NCBI GenBank assembly: GCA_964582465.1
Contig: CAZOQX010000003.1
Span: forward strand, 1,115-65,114
Length of the DNA stretch: 64,000 nucleotides
Direction: 5' to 3'
DNA from: an uncultured Candidatus Saccharibacteria bacterium
Lineage (GTDB): Bacteria; Patescibacteriota; Saccharimonadia; UBA4664; CAZOQX01
Positions within the stretch are counted from its first letter, which is position 1, and every line of letters starts with the position of its first letter. The notes below the pieces were generated by a model. The model did not search any database and was not told the DNA's origin. It worked only from the letters and a program-made list of their open reading frames with translations. Both the position numbers and the translations under genes were made by a program. Positions 26,156-35,742 of this stretch are shown in pieces.

Positions 26156-28229
26156 CGCTTGGCTCAGAAATGCTACTTACCAGAATCTCACGCGGCCTGG
26201 CGCCATCGGCCGGGCCAACGATGCCGCGTTCTTCCATTAAATCGATCAACCGAGCCGCCCGCGCATAGCCAATTCTAAGTCGCCGTTGGAGGAGCGAGGC
26301 TGAGGCCTTACCGGAGCGAATCACCATATCGGCTGCCTCCTTAAACAAATCATCATCCACGCCGTCCATACCACCCTCGTAGCCACCACGACCACCGCCG
26401 AGGCGCACCGGCTGAGCCAAAACTTCATCGTTATACTGCGGGGCTCGGGCTTGGCGGAGATAGTCCGTCACTCCCTTAACTTCCTTCTCACTCACGAATG
26501 AGCCCTGCATACGCCTGGGTTTAATGAGCTCGGGACTCAAGAACAGCATGTCACCTTTTCCAACCAGTTTTTCGGCCCCACCCTGGTCAATGATCGTGCG
26601 CGAATCAACTTGGGAGGCGACGGTAAAGGCGATGCGCGCCGGCACATTAGCCTTGATCAAACCCGTAATGACGTTAACACTCGGCCGCTGCGTAGCAAGT
26701 ACCAGGTGAATTCCCGTGGCGCGCGCCAGTTGAGCCAGCCGCACAACCAGCGCTTCCACATCGGATGCTGCTAAACTCATCAGGTCGGCCAACTCATCGA
26801 TCACGATCACGATATAGGGCATCCCCTCTTCTTTGCTCGAAGCGTTATACTCAGCAATGTTACGCTTGCCGCGCTCAGCAAAGAGTTTGAGGCGTCGCTC
26901 CATTTCCGCAACCGCCCACTTGAGCGCCGAAATACACTTCTCCGGCTCCACAATTACCGGGGTCAGCAGGTGCGGCACATCATTATATAAACTGAGCTCC
27001 ACCCGCTTGGGGTCGACCAGGATTAGTTTGAGATCAGCTGGCGAATTGCGATAAAGCAGGCTTAAAAGCAAAGTATTAATCATGACACTTTTACCAGATC
27101 CGGTAGCACCGGCGATCAAAAGATGGGGCATTTTGGCGAGATCAGCCACCTCGGGCGTGCCCGCGACATCGCGCCCGAGGACAAAGCTCAGAGGCGACTT
27201 AGCATCTTTGACCTCCGGCGAGGTCAGAATGTCCTTGAGCCGGACGGTCGCACCAATCTTATGCGGCACCTCAATACCTACCAGGCTCTTACCCGGGATG
27301 GGTGCTTCGACGCGCAAAGGGTGAGCCGCCAGGGCCAAACTCAAGTTATGCTGTAATTCGGTGATTTTGTTGAGCTTCACACCGCTTTCCGGCTTTAAGG
27401 TGTACTGCGTTACGGTCGGGCCCACGTTTACCTCCCCCATCGCAACTTCTATACCGAAGCTCGCGAGGGTTTGCTGAATTGTGCTAGCATTTTCCTTAAT
27501 ATTCCCGGCATCGGCCTGACCCTTAGTTTCTTCCAGCAGATCCAGGCTGGGTGGCTGCCAGTCAGGATCAACCCCGGCGGTCAGAGCTTCGAAGTCCTTC
27601 TCGCTCTTTTCCCCTCGAGCGTTCAGGGTGCCGCGAATCGGCAACTTATTATTTACGACCAGCCCCGCCGGCTCATTAATTTGCAAGTCGGCCTGGCGTC
27701 GGTTCTTGAATAATTCAACAATTTTCTTGATCAAATCGCTCAACTTGGCATTAAAGGCAACTACCAGCGCAATTAGCATGAATGCAACCAGCAACGCCGA
27801 GGAAGCTGCCACATTAAACATCTTTAATAAGAGGAAGCTCAGCCCATAACCAATCAGGCCTCCGCCCCCGCCTTGACTTGCTACATGAGCCGCTTGAGCG
27901 GGATCGGCGCCGATATGGAGCAGGCCGGCCACGGTAATGACGAAGAGGAGAAAGCCGACGTATATATTTACGCGTGATTCGAACTTTTCCGGCAAAAATA
28001 ACATCCAGGCCACTAGTCCCAAGATAATCGGAAGTAAAAAGGCCTCGAGACCGATTAACAGCCTAAACCCGTGAAAAACTCCGCCGGGCAAAAAACCGCC
28101 GACATTAAAGATAGCAAGCAGTAGAATGATCGCGAGCACTGCAAGCAAAATCGCGACAATTTCTTGAACAATGTTGGCATCCAAGCTGGGCTTAAGCTTG
28201 GAAACTTTGGCTTTGCGGCGTCTGGCCAT
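26133..28229 (-). CDS. ftsK: DNA translocase FtsK/SpoIIIE
   Basis: N-terminal 4-5 TM segments. Motor domain with HLLIAGATGSGKSV Walker A and VIVIDELADLM Walker B. C-terminal gamma winged helix (ASASLLQRRLRIGYARAARLIDLME). Confidence 0.96.
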   Translation of the reverse strand: MARRRKAKVSKLKPSLDANIVQEIVAILLAVLAIILLLAIFNVGGFLPGGVFHGFRLLIGLEAFLLPIILGLVAWMLFLPEKFESRVNIYVGFLLFVITVAGLLHIGADPAQAAHVASQGGGGGLIGYGLSFLLLKMFNVAASSALLVAFMLIALVVAFNAKLSDLIKKIVELFKNRRQADLQINEPAGLVVNNKLPIRGTLNARGEKSEKDFEALTAGVDPDWQPPSLDLLEETKGQADAGNIKENASTIQQTLASFGIEVAMGEVNVGPTVTQYTLKPESGVKLNKITELQHNLSLALAAHPLRVEAPIPGKSLVGIEVPHKIGATVRLKDILTSPEVKDAKSPLSFVLGRDVAGTPEVADLAKMPHLLIAGATGSGKSVMINTLLLSLLYRNSPADLKLILVDPKRVELSLYNDVPHLLTPVIVEPEKCISALKWAVAEMERRLKLFAERGKRNIAEYNASSKEEGMPYIVIVIDELADLMSLAASDVEALVVRLAQLARATGIHLVLATQRPSVNVITGLIKANVPARIAFTVASQVDSRTIIDQGGAEKLVGKGDMLFLSPELIKPRRMQGSFVSEKEVKGVTDYLRQARAPQYNDEVLAQPVRLGGGRGGYEGGMDGVDDDLFKEAADMVIRSGKASASLLQRRLRIGYARAARLIDLMEERGIVGPADGARPREILVSSISEPSDGAGYEE

Positions 28230-28298
28230 ATGCCTAAATTATACCGCTAATGGATAAGGTTGACCAGATATGATGAAGCTGCGGCCGCTTCTTGAACG

Positions 28299-28508
28299 CT
28301 AGTTGTCTTTTTCTTCATCTTCGTCTGCGAAGTTCTGCAAAAAACGATTGAAATTCGAAATATAACCCTTGTCTGATCCTAGTAGAGTCAAAAGGTCATC
28401 GTTATTCTGGTCGGTAGGCTCCCTGATCTCTGGTTCGTTTTGATCAGGCTCTTCGTCAACTGATGCCACTGGCGCAAAACTCCCTACTATTAAATACTCA
28501 CAAGACAA
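28299..28508 (-). CDS. Small highly acidic hypothetical protein
   Basis: 69-aa ORF with a TTG start as listed. No motif recognised and may not be coding. Confidence 0.3.
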   Translation of the reverse strand: MSCEYLIVGSFAPVASVDEEPDQNEPEIREPTDQNNDDLLTLLGSDKGYISNFNRFLQNFADEDEEKDN

Positions 28509-28637
28509 GACTGCATTATACCGCTAGCCTTATTAGATGGAGTCAGTCAAAGACATGAAAACTGCTCGCGAAATCATCAGGCTTTTTTGCAACTTATACA
28601 ATTGCTTACTTGGCTGGGATCTGCTTGTTCGACTAAA

Positions 28638-30440
28638 CTAGATTTCGTTAATTACAGGGATGACCATGGGACTGCGACCGGTGCGGTCGTACAGAAACTG
28701 GCCAATATCATCGCGTAGAGATAGTTTAAAGCGATTCCAGTCCACGGGTTGATTGGGATTGCGGCGTGCAAAAATTTTACGCACCTCATTGCGCGCTTCA
28801 GCAATTAACTGCTCGTTTTCCTTCATGTACACAAAGCCGCGGGAAATGATATCGGGGCTGGTCACCAGCTTGCCCGTTTTTTGGTCTACCATCGCAATCA
28901 CCATGAAGATGCCTTCCGAGGCCATGGTCAGCCGGTCGCGTAGCACAATGCCTTCGACATCCCCTACCCCGTTGCCGTCGATCATGATGAGACCGGCCTG
29001 GACGCGCTGGCCCTTGCGCACGCCGCTGGGAGCTATTTCCAGGCTATCACCATTATTCAGCACAAAGATATTCTCGCGCGGGATTTTAGTTTTGGCGGCG
29101 GCAAACTCGGCGTGGTGTACCTGCATGTGAAACTCGCCGTGAATCGGGATGAAATACTTCGGCCGAATCAGCTCGAGCATTTCGGCGAGCTCCTCGCGAT
29201 GAGCGTGGCCGGACACGTGCAGGATGCCACAATCGTCAATGCGCCGGAAGTAATTATGGTAAACTTTGGAGCCTTCGCGCATCAGATTATCCCAAGTCAT
29301 CACCACGGATTTTTCATTACCGGGAATGATGCTTGAGCTCATAATGACGGCGTCGCCTGGCTTAATCTTTACGAATGGGTGGTCACCGGTAGACATGCGC
29401 GTCAGTGCCGAATTAATTTCACCTTGTGAGCCAGTGCAAATAATACACACCTGATTATCCGGCATGTTCACGATATCTTGCATCCGCGTCACAATCCCCC
29501 GCGGAACTTTAAGGTAACCAAGTTTTACAGCCAGCTCCACGTTTGCAAGCATGCTCCGCCCGTTGAACGATACCTTGCGGCCGGTCCTTTCGGCAGCATT
29601 GATGATGAGCTGCACACGGTTAATCTGGCTGGAGAACGAGGAGATAATGATGCGGCCATTCTGACGCTTAAAGAGCTCCTCGAATGTGGGCTGAATCTCC
29701 ATTTCGCTAGGGGTTCGGCCCTCGATCTCGCAAGCCGTCGAGTCGGACATTAGCACCGTTACACCCTCGTCGCCAATTTCTTTAAGGCGAGTTAGGTCGG
29801 TGGGCTTGTTATCGGCTGGTGAAGGGTCAAAACGGAAGTCGCCGGTGTGCACCACGCGCGCAGCCGGAGTATCAATCACCACGGCGCAAGCGTCCGGAAT
29901 GGCATGCGTCACCCGCACCAGCTCAACTTTGAACTGGCCGAGTTGCACCTTCTCGTGCTTATCGGGGTCAACCACGATCAAGCGTGGTTGAGTTTGCAGG
30001 TGGAATTCCACCAACTTCTTTTCAATCATACCGATGGTAAAGCGAGCTCCATAGAGTGGCGCCTGCAATTTGGGCAGAATGTAGGGAATACCACCCATGT
30101 GGTCTTCGTGAGCGTGCGTAATGACGTGCCCACGGATTTTGGCCTTATTTTTCTCTAAATATGTGACATCGGGAATGACGTAATCAATGCCGGGCTGCTC
30201 GTTCGTGGGAAACATAAATCCCATATCGACTACGATAATGTCGTCGCCAAATTCAAAGGCGGTCATGTTCTTGCCGACTTCTCCCAGGCCACCTAGGGGC
30301 ACAATTTTTAGTTTGGGCTCGTGAGTCGGCTGGTTGGCAATCTGGCCACGATGAGCCTTGTTCTCGCCATTAAACTCCGATCGGTTAACCGGGTCAGCTG
30401 GCGGTAAAGGGTTTTTTACGAGCGGCGGTTTACGCTTCAT
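28638..30440 (-). CDS. rnj: Ribonuclease J
   Basis: Metallo-beta-lactamase HAHEDHMGG motif, beta-CASP region and RNase J C-terminal domain. 600 aa. Confidence 0.93.
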   Translation of the reverse strand: MKRKPPLVKNPLPPADPVNRSEFNGENKAHRGQIANQPTHEPKLKIVPLGGLGEVGKNMTAFEFGDDIIVVDMGFMFPTNEQPGIDYVIPDVTYLEKNKAKIRGHVITHAHEDHMGGIPYILPKLQAPLYGARFTIGMIEKKLVEFHLQTQPRLIVVDPDKHEKVQLGQFKVELVRVTHAIPDACAVVIDTPAARVVHTGDFRFDPSPADNKPTDLTRLKEIGDEGVTVLMSDSTACEIEGRTPSEMEIQPTFEELFKRQNGRIIISSFSSQINRVQLIINAAERTGRKVSFNGRSMLANVELAVKLGYLKVPRGIVTRMQDIVNMPDNQVCIICTGSQGEINSALTRMSTGDHPFVKIKPGDAVIMSSSIIPGNEKSVVMTWDNLMREGSKVYHNYFRRIDDCGILHVSGHAHREELAEMLELIRPKYFIPIHGEFHMQVHHAEFAAAKTKIPRENIFVLNNGDSLEIAPSGVRKGQRVQAGLIMIDGNGVGDVEGIVLRDRLTMASEGIFMVIAMVDQKTGKLVTSPDIISRGFVYMKENEQLIAEARNEVRKIFARRNPNQPVDWNRFKLSLRDDIGQFLYDRTGRSPMVIPVINEI

Positions 30441-31059
30441 GCGATCTTTTGTCCTTGGTTAGGTTAATTTTTGGTTGTTCAACTTTAGTAGAAGCAGCCG
30501 GAATTTGGGCCAGAATTTTGGGAATCTTGGCGAAATCCTCTAGTAGAGTCTGCTTCATCGTGTTGTTATAAAGGGCGACGGCCGGGTGATACAGGGGCAA
30601 ATAAACTTGAGCACCCTTGCGCTTGGGCTGGCCGTGAACCTGGCTAATTTTCAGGTCCGGCAAAAATAAATTCATGGCATGCCGACCGAGCAAAATGATT
30701 AACTTGGGCTGGATAATAGCGACCTGCTGTTCGAGAAAGGGCCAGCAATCACGGATTTCCTCCGGCAAGGGATCGCGATTCCCGGGCGGCCGGTACTTCA
30801 CCACATTGGTAATGTAAACGTCGTCGCGGCCCAGCCCTATAGTTTCAAGCATCTCTGTAAGCAAGCGGCCGGCAGCTCCCACAAACGGTCGTCCCTGCTT
30901 ATCCTCTTCTGCGCCCGGCGCCTCACCGACGAACACCAGCTCCGCGTCGGGATTTCCCTCTCCGGGTACAGCATTGGTGGCCGACTGGCAAAGGGCAGTA
31001 CACACTCTACAGCTTGCAATATCTTGGGCTACTTCGGCCAAAGCCTCAGTTTTACTCAT
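30430..31059 (-). CDS. Uracil-DNA glycosylase, family 4
   Basis: CRVCTALC Fe-S cysteines and VFVGEAPGAEEDKQGRPFVGAAGRLL signature. Confidence 0.9.
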   Translation of the reverse strand: MSKTEALAEVAQDIASCRVCTALCQSATNAVPGEGNPDAELVFVGEAPGAEEDKQGRPFVGAAGRLLTEMLETIGLGRDDVYITNVVKYRPPGNRDPLPEEIRDCWPFLEQQVAIIQPKLIILLGRHAMNLFLPDLKISQVHGQPKRKGAQVYLPLYHPAVALYNNTMKQTLLEDFAKIPKILAQIPAASTKVEQPKINLTKDKRSHEA

Positions 31060-33172
31060 TAGGTTCGCGCGGGAGAATCGCTTTGCGGCTGAAATTCAGC
31101 CGACCCTGCGGATCAACTTCAGTCAATTTAACGTCAATCACGTCGCCCAGTTTTACTACGTCTGTGACTTTTTCGACTCGATTTTGAGCCAGCTGTGAGA
31201 TGTGCACCAGACCCGATAAACCGGTCGGAGTTTCAACAAAGGCACCAAAGTCCATAATGCGGGCGACCTTGGCGCGGTAAACCTTCCCTACCTCAGGATC
31301 TTCCGTAATGTCCTTGATCCAATCGATGGCCTTGCGCGAGGCTTCGGCGTCTGTCGAGGCAATCATCACCAGACCAGTATCTTCGATATCGATCTGCACG
31401 CCAGTTTCAGCAATGATCTTATTAATCATTTCGCCGCCCTTACCGATCACATCTTTAATCTTTTCTGGGCGAATCATTAGCTTCGAAATACGCGGGGCAT
31501 GAGCTGCCACTTCGGCCCGCGGTTTATCAAGGACGGCAAGCATTTTATCGAGAATGTACTTTCGCCCCTCCTTGGCCTGAGCCAAGGCCTGACGCATAAT
31601 GTCGGGCGTGATACCCTTTACTTTAATGTCCATTTGCAGCGCCGTGATACCGAGCTCGGTACCTGCGACTTTAAAGTCCATGTCGCCGGCAAAGTCCTCA
31701 GCACCCTGAATGTCAGATAGAATGACATGCTTCTTACCGTCCGTCACAAGTCCCATAGCAATACCAGAAACCGGCCGCGTTATCGGCACACCGGCGTCCA
31801 TTAGGCTAAGCGTCGAGCCGCAGACACTAGCCATTGAGGTTGAACCATTCGAGCTCAAAATTTCCGTGACAACTCGAATCGTATAAGGAAATTCCTCGAC
31901 TGGCGGGATGACAGTCACAAGCGCACGCTCGGCCAAAGCACCGTGACCAATTTCGCGGCGGCCAGGGCTACGCATAGGGCGCACTTCCCCTACCGAATAG
32001 GGTGGGAAATTGTAATGGTGCATGTAGCGCTTAGAGGTATCTTCTTCCATGGTATCAATCAACTGAGCGTAGCTAGTTGAGGCGAGCGTCGTGATCGTAA
32101 GCGCTTGGGTGCTGCCGCGAGTGAACAGGGCTGACCCATGGGCACGCGGCAAAAGGCCAACGTCAGCACTAATCGGCCGGATCTCACTTGGCTTGCGGCC
32201 GTCGGGCCTGGCATCGTCTTCCAGGATTGCGCGACGAATATCAGCGTCAATCACCTTGGTGAAGGCCTCACGCACTGGCACCTCATCGTCGTCCTGCTGG
32301 ACGAACTTCGCCACCACGTCACTCTCAAGATTTCTAATGGCGTCGTGACGCAAATATTGATTCTCGTGCCGAATTGCCGCACCAAGACGGCCTTTCAGGA
32401 AGGCTTCGATTTTTTCAACTAGCGGCTTTTCGGGTACGTGCAGGTCAAATTCTTTAGGAGTAACACCAATTTCCTTGGCAATGCGCAGCTGTAGTTCGAT
32501 TACCGGTTGAATCGATTTATGCGCCAGTTCAATCGCTGCAATCATCGTAGCCTCATCAACTTCGTTCGCGCCAGCTTCCACCATCATGATGGCATCTTTG
32601 GTGCCAGCCACGGTCAAATCCAGTTTGCTTGCGAGCATCTCAGCCGTAGTCGGATAAGCCACCAGCTCACCATTAGCCTCGCCGATCTGTACACCAGCTA
32701 CTGGACCCTCAAACGGCGCGCCAGAGAGCATCAGGGCCGAGGAGACGGCAATCATGCCAATGATGTCGGCGCTATAAACCAGGTCGGCCGACAGTACTGT
32801 CGCAATACCTTGCACGTCATTCCGAAATCCCTTGGGGAAGAGTGGTCGGATTGGTCGATCAATTAAGCGGGCGGCTAGCGTAGCGTTTTCGCTGGCACGA
32901 CCCTCCCTTTTAATAAATCGGCTACCAGAAATTTTACCGCTTGCATACATCCGCTCCTCGTAATCGATTAAGAGTGGAAAAAAATCAATATCGGGACGCG
33001 GCGACCGGCTAACCACTGCCGTTCCCAGTACGATCGTGTCGCCATAACGCACCAGCACCGCTCCGTCGGCCAAAAAAGCCGCGCGGCCGGTCTCGATGGT
33101 GAGTTTGCGGCCACAAAATTCGGTCTCAAACTGCACTGTTTTACCACCAAAAGGGTGGATGATGTCTGACAT
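31052..33172 (-). CDS. pnp: Polyribonucleotide nucleotidyltransferase (PNPase)
   Basis: Two RNase PH domains, a KH domain (VIGKGGEMINKI) and an S1 domain (VGKVYRAKVARIMDFGAFVE). 706 aa. Confidence 0.97.
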   Translation of the reverse strand: MSDIIHPFGGKTVQFETEFCGRKLTIETGRAAFLADGAVLVRYGDTIVLGTAVVSRSPRPDIDFFPLLIDYEERMYASGKISGSRFIKREGRASENATLAARLIDRPIRPLFPKGFRNDVQGIATVLSADLVYSADIIGMIAVSSALMLSGAPFEGPVAGVQIGEANGELVAYPTTAEMLASKLDLTVAGTKDAIMMVEAGANEVDEATMIAAIELAHKSIQPVIELQLRIAKEIGVTPKEFDLHVPEKPLVEKIEAFLKGRLGAAIRHENQYLRHDAIRNLESDVVAKFVQQDDDEVPVREAFTKVIDADIRRAILEDDARPDGRKPSEIRPISADVGLLPRAHGSALFTRGSTQALTITTLASTSYAQLIDTMEEDTSKRYMHHYNFPPYSVGEVRPMRSPGRREIGHGALAERALVTVIPPVEEFPYTIRVVTEILSSNGSTSMASVCGSTLSLMDAGVPITRPVSGIAMGLVTDGKKHVILSDIQGAEDFAGDMDFKVAGTELGITALQMDIKVKGITPDIMRQALAQAKEGRKYILDKMLAVLDKPRAEVAAHAPRISKLMIRPEKIKDVIGKGGEMINKIIAETGVQIDIEDTGLVMIASTDAEASRKAIDWIKDITEDPEVGKVYRAKVARIMDFGAFVETPTGLSGLVHISQLAQNRVEKVTDVVKLGDVIDVKLTEVDPQGRLNFSRKAILPREPNE

Positions 33173-33188
33173 ATGTCTCCTACTTCCA

Positions 33189-33243
33189 GGTAAGTGTCGG
33201 GGCTATTCGATTAAAACTTAATCGGGCAGCTCCACCACTTACC
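33189..33243 (-). promoter_or_regulatory. Nested stem-loop in the rpsO-pnp intergenic region (candidate pnp leader/processing hairpin and rpsO terminator)
   Basis: Outer 8-bp pairing GGTAAGTG (33189-33196) with CACTTACC (33236-33243). It encloses an inner 7-bp hairpin CGATTAA-aac-TTAATCG (33208-33224). The position matches the RNase III-processed pnp leader known in other bacteria. Confidence 0.45.
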
Positions 33244-33284
33244 CCGTTATTTAGTTGTTTAACCTACATTATCGGTTTCTAGCA

Positions 33285-33551
33285 CTATCGCCTCAAATCG
33301 AGCTTCTTAATAATGGCATTATAGCGCTCGGGCTCGGTCTTACTCAAGTAATCGAGCAGGCGGCGGCGTTTGCTCACCATCATGAGGAGTCCGCGGCGGG
33401 AGTGATTATCTTTTTTGTGAGTCTGCAAATGACCCGTCAGCTGACGAATTTTCTCGGTAAAAATACCGACCTGGACCTCTGGAGAACCAGTGTCCTTCTT
33501 GTGAGTCGCAAGCGTCCCAATAATTTTAGATTTTGTCTCAGTGTCTAACAT
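33285..33551 (-). CDS. rpsO: 30S ribosomal protein S15
   Basis: 88 aa with [48 protein letters not shown]. Confidence 0.96.
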   Translation of the reverse strand: MLDTETKSKIIGTLATHKKDTGSPEVQVGIFTEKIRQLTGHLQTHKKDNHSRRGLLMMVSKRRRLLDYLSKTEPERYNAIIKKLDLRR

Positions 33552-33593
33552 CAGCTTGGGGTATGTTATCAGATCAAAATCGATTTTACAAGA

Positions 33594-34250
33594 TTAGACA
33601 AGCAAAAAGTCCGGATGAGCCTGAATGGCACTTAAGGCGGCAGCAGATTCGAGTTTAATATCCCCAATCGAAGTCCGGACAAGCCCACTCAAATAGGCTC
33701 CGGCGCTGAGTTTTTCGCCCAGATCACGGGCCAAACTCCGGATGTAAGTGCCACTGGACACCCGCACTACGAACCTCACCTTCGGATAGATGTAGCCAAG
33801 TAATTTGGCCGAGTGAATAGTGACTTCTCTCGGTTCAATTGTCACATCCTGACCGGCTCGGGCAGACTTGTAAGCGCGCCGGCCTCCCACTTTGATAGCC
33901 GAAAACTGCGGTGGGGTTTGCGTAATCCGGCCAACGAACGAATACAAGGCTTGCTCAATTTCCTTCTTAGTTGGTTGGGCCGTTGAAACTGCAGTCTTTT
34001 CGCCCTCGTTATCGTCCGTTGTGCTCGTTTCGCCCAACGTAATTTCCGCCACATAGGTTTTATCGAGTTTGGAAAATTCGGCGGCCCGTTTGGTAGCGGC
34101 ACCAAAGAGCATGATCATCAGTCCCGACGCCAGGGGATCAAGTGTGCCGGCGTGACCAATTTTGCGCTCTCCGGTTACCCTTCTAAGCTCACGAACGCAA
34201 TCAAACGAGCTGATGCCCACCGGTTTATCAATTAAAAGAACGCCGTTCAT
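33594..34250 (-). CDS. truB: tRNA pseudouridine(55) synthase TruB (short form)
   Basis: NGVLLIDKPVGISSFDCV and KIGHAGTLDPLASGLMIMLFG (catalytic Asp motif). Confidence 0.93.
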   Translation of the reverse strand: MNGVLLIDKPVGISSFDCVRELRRVTGERKIGHAGTLDPLASGLMIMLFGAATKRAAEFSKLDKTYVAEITLGETSTTDDNEGEKTAVSTAQPTKKEIEQALYSFVGRITQTPPQFSAIKVGGRRAYKSARAGQDVTIEPREVTIHSAKLLGYIYPKVRFVVRVSSGTYIRSLARDLGEKLSAGAYLSGLVRTSIGDIKLESAAALSAIQAHPDFLLV

Positions 34251-35257
34251 TTGTTGGTGTCACTGGATCCGCCTGTCTCTTTGTCAGACTCTTGTTCTGG
34301 CCTAGCCTTGGTCTCGGGTTTAGGCTGCTCGCTCCTTGTGTCGCGGCGCTTATCCCGTGAGTCACGCTTCCCTCTGTCGTGGCGGCGTTCGCGGTCGTGA
34401 TCTCCGCCGCTACGATACAGGTTTTGAATTACTGTTTGTTGCTTGGCGCCGGCAGCGATCATTTGCGCTGCCACGGTGAGGGCTTTCGCCGATGTGTGCG
34501 TGGCGGTAAAACGATCCGTGCTGGCGACAATTCCAGTTAAGAGCACGGTTGCGATCGGCTCATCAATCACGCCCTGCTGCAAAGATTCGGCAATTGAAAC
34601 CAAAATCTCGCATAGGCTGGCAGCGTACGGATCAATCATGTTAACGCCGCCGTAATTATCGTTTGTGCGGTGAAAATCCAGGTTAATAATTGGTACTTCG
34701 GCGAGCTGGGGGTGGCTCGATACAACTTTGTCTACCCTAGCCTTCGTCGGCACGCCAAGCACGATGACCACATCAAAATTAGGCAAATCGGAACTGGCTA
34801 CTTCCGGTGCACTGACCGTCTCGACTTCCGCCGGCGCCTCGGCCGACACGTGGCGAAAGTGCACATCGCTTGCAGTTAATTTATCCGTGGGCGTGAGGAA
34901 AATACTCAGTTTGCCGTCGGTGACACTGTAACGTAGCTTGTCTACCTTGGCTTTTTCAATTTCAACCACTAAGTCGCCGCCTTCCGTTTTGGGGGCCGGC
35001 GCTGAAGCAGGTTTAGCTACCTTAGTCTCGCCAAAACCGCTTGTAAGCTGATCAACGGGCAGAAAGCTAACCGACTTTGGCAGCTGGTCCGAGATCACGC
35101 CATACACCTTCTTGCCCAATTTCTTCAAAATTAAAGTGAGCCCTAGGACTGCCGCGACCTGATCGACGCTAGGAAATTGCCCGCTCGTAATAAGTATGGT
35201 TTCAGCTTCGCCAATAGCCTGCGAGGCTTGTTGTTTAGGTGTTAAATCTGAATTCAT
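34247..35257 (-). CDS. DHH-family (NrnA-like) protein with degenerate catalytic motifs and a basic disordered tail
   Basis: The layout matches the DHH domain (ILITSG..P..D...LGLTLILKKLGKKV ... VVIVLG ... INLDFHRTN ... TGIVASTDRF). The canonical DGD and DHH motifs read SVDQ and DFH. No DHHA1/GGGH region is recognisable. C-terminal tail is DRERRHDRGKRDSRDKRRDTRSEQPKPETKARPEQ. Confidence 0.6.
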   Translation of the reverse strand: MNSDLTPKQQASQAIGEAETILITSGQFPSVDQVAAVLGLTLILKKLGKKVYGVISDQLPKSVSFLPVDQLTSGFGETKVAKPASAPAPKTEGGDLVVEIEKAKVDKLRYSVTDGKLSIFLTPTDKLTASDVHFRHVSAEAPAEVETVSAPEVASSDLPNFDVVIVLGVPTKARVDKVVSSHPQLAEVPIINLDFHRTNDNYGGVNMIDPYAASLCEILVSIAESLQQGVIDEPIATVLLTGIVASTDRFTATHTSAKALTVAAQMIAAGAKQQTVIQNLYRSGGDHDRERRHDRGKRDSRDKRRDTRSEQPKPETKARPEQESDKETGGSSDTNK

Positions 35258-35400
35258 AACTTCATTATACCTTCGGATAAGAGTAGTTGGCGTAAAAGTT
35301 GTCTCCTATCATACCATAAGAATAATATTCAGTCAAGAGCAGTAGAAAGAACCTCCGAGGGGCCGCGGCTAGCAGCCCCCCGGAACATGCGATTCGATCG

Positions 35401-35640
35401 CTAGGTGAGTGGGTTGGGTTTCTCGAAGTTAACTCCCTTCGCGGCCCCCACCGAAAAGATGGCCACCCAGAGAAGGCCAAGCGCCAGGGCTGCGATGCCG
35501 ACCCACTTGGGGCCCCAGCCGAAGGTGGCGGCCACAACCCCAGCGACCATCAGAATCGTCAACCACGTGAACCAGCGGCGCCAGCGGCGATCGCGCTCCT
35601 CGTTTCGCCCCATCTCGTCATAGATCTTCCCGTTCAGCAT
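35401..35640 (-). CDS. Small two-TM membrane protein in a GC-rich islet
   Basis: The ATG at 35640 is preceded by AAGGGGGAGG and gives MLNGKIYDEMGRNEERDRRWRRWFTWLTILMVAGVVAATFGWGPKWVGIAALALGLLWVAIF... The listed ORF (to 35679) has 13 extra codons. Confidence 0.5.
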   Translation of the reverse strand: MLNGKIYDEMGRNEERDRRWRRWFTWLTILMVAGVVAATFGWGPKWVGIAALALGLLWVAIFSVGAAKGVNFEKPNPLT

Positions 35641-35687
35641 GGCCTCCCCCTTCGAAAGCGTCGATACGAGTAGCATCATTCTACACC

Positions 35688-35716
35688 TTTACAGCCAAGT
35701 TGAAATCCGTTATAGT
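35688..35716 (+). promoter_or_regulatory. Sigma-70-type promoter for rpsT
   Basis: TTTACA (35688-35693) - 17 nt - TATAGT (35711-35716). GAGGT RBS precedes the GTG start at 35743. Confidence 0.5.
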
Positions 35717-35742
35717 CAATCTTCGATAATCCGAGGTTCGAA

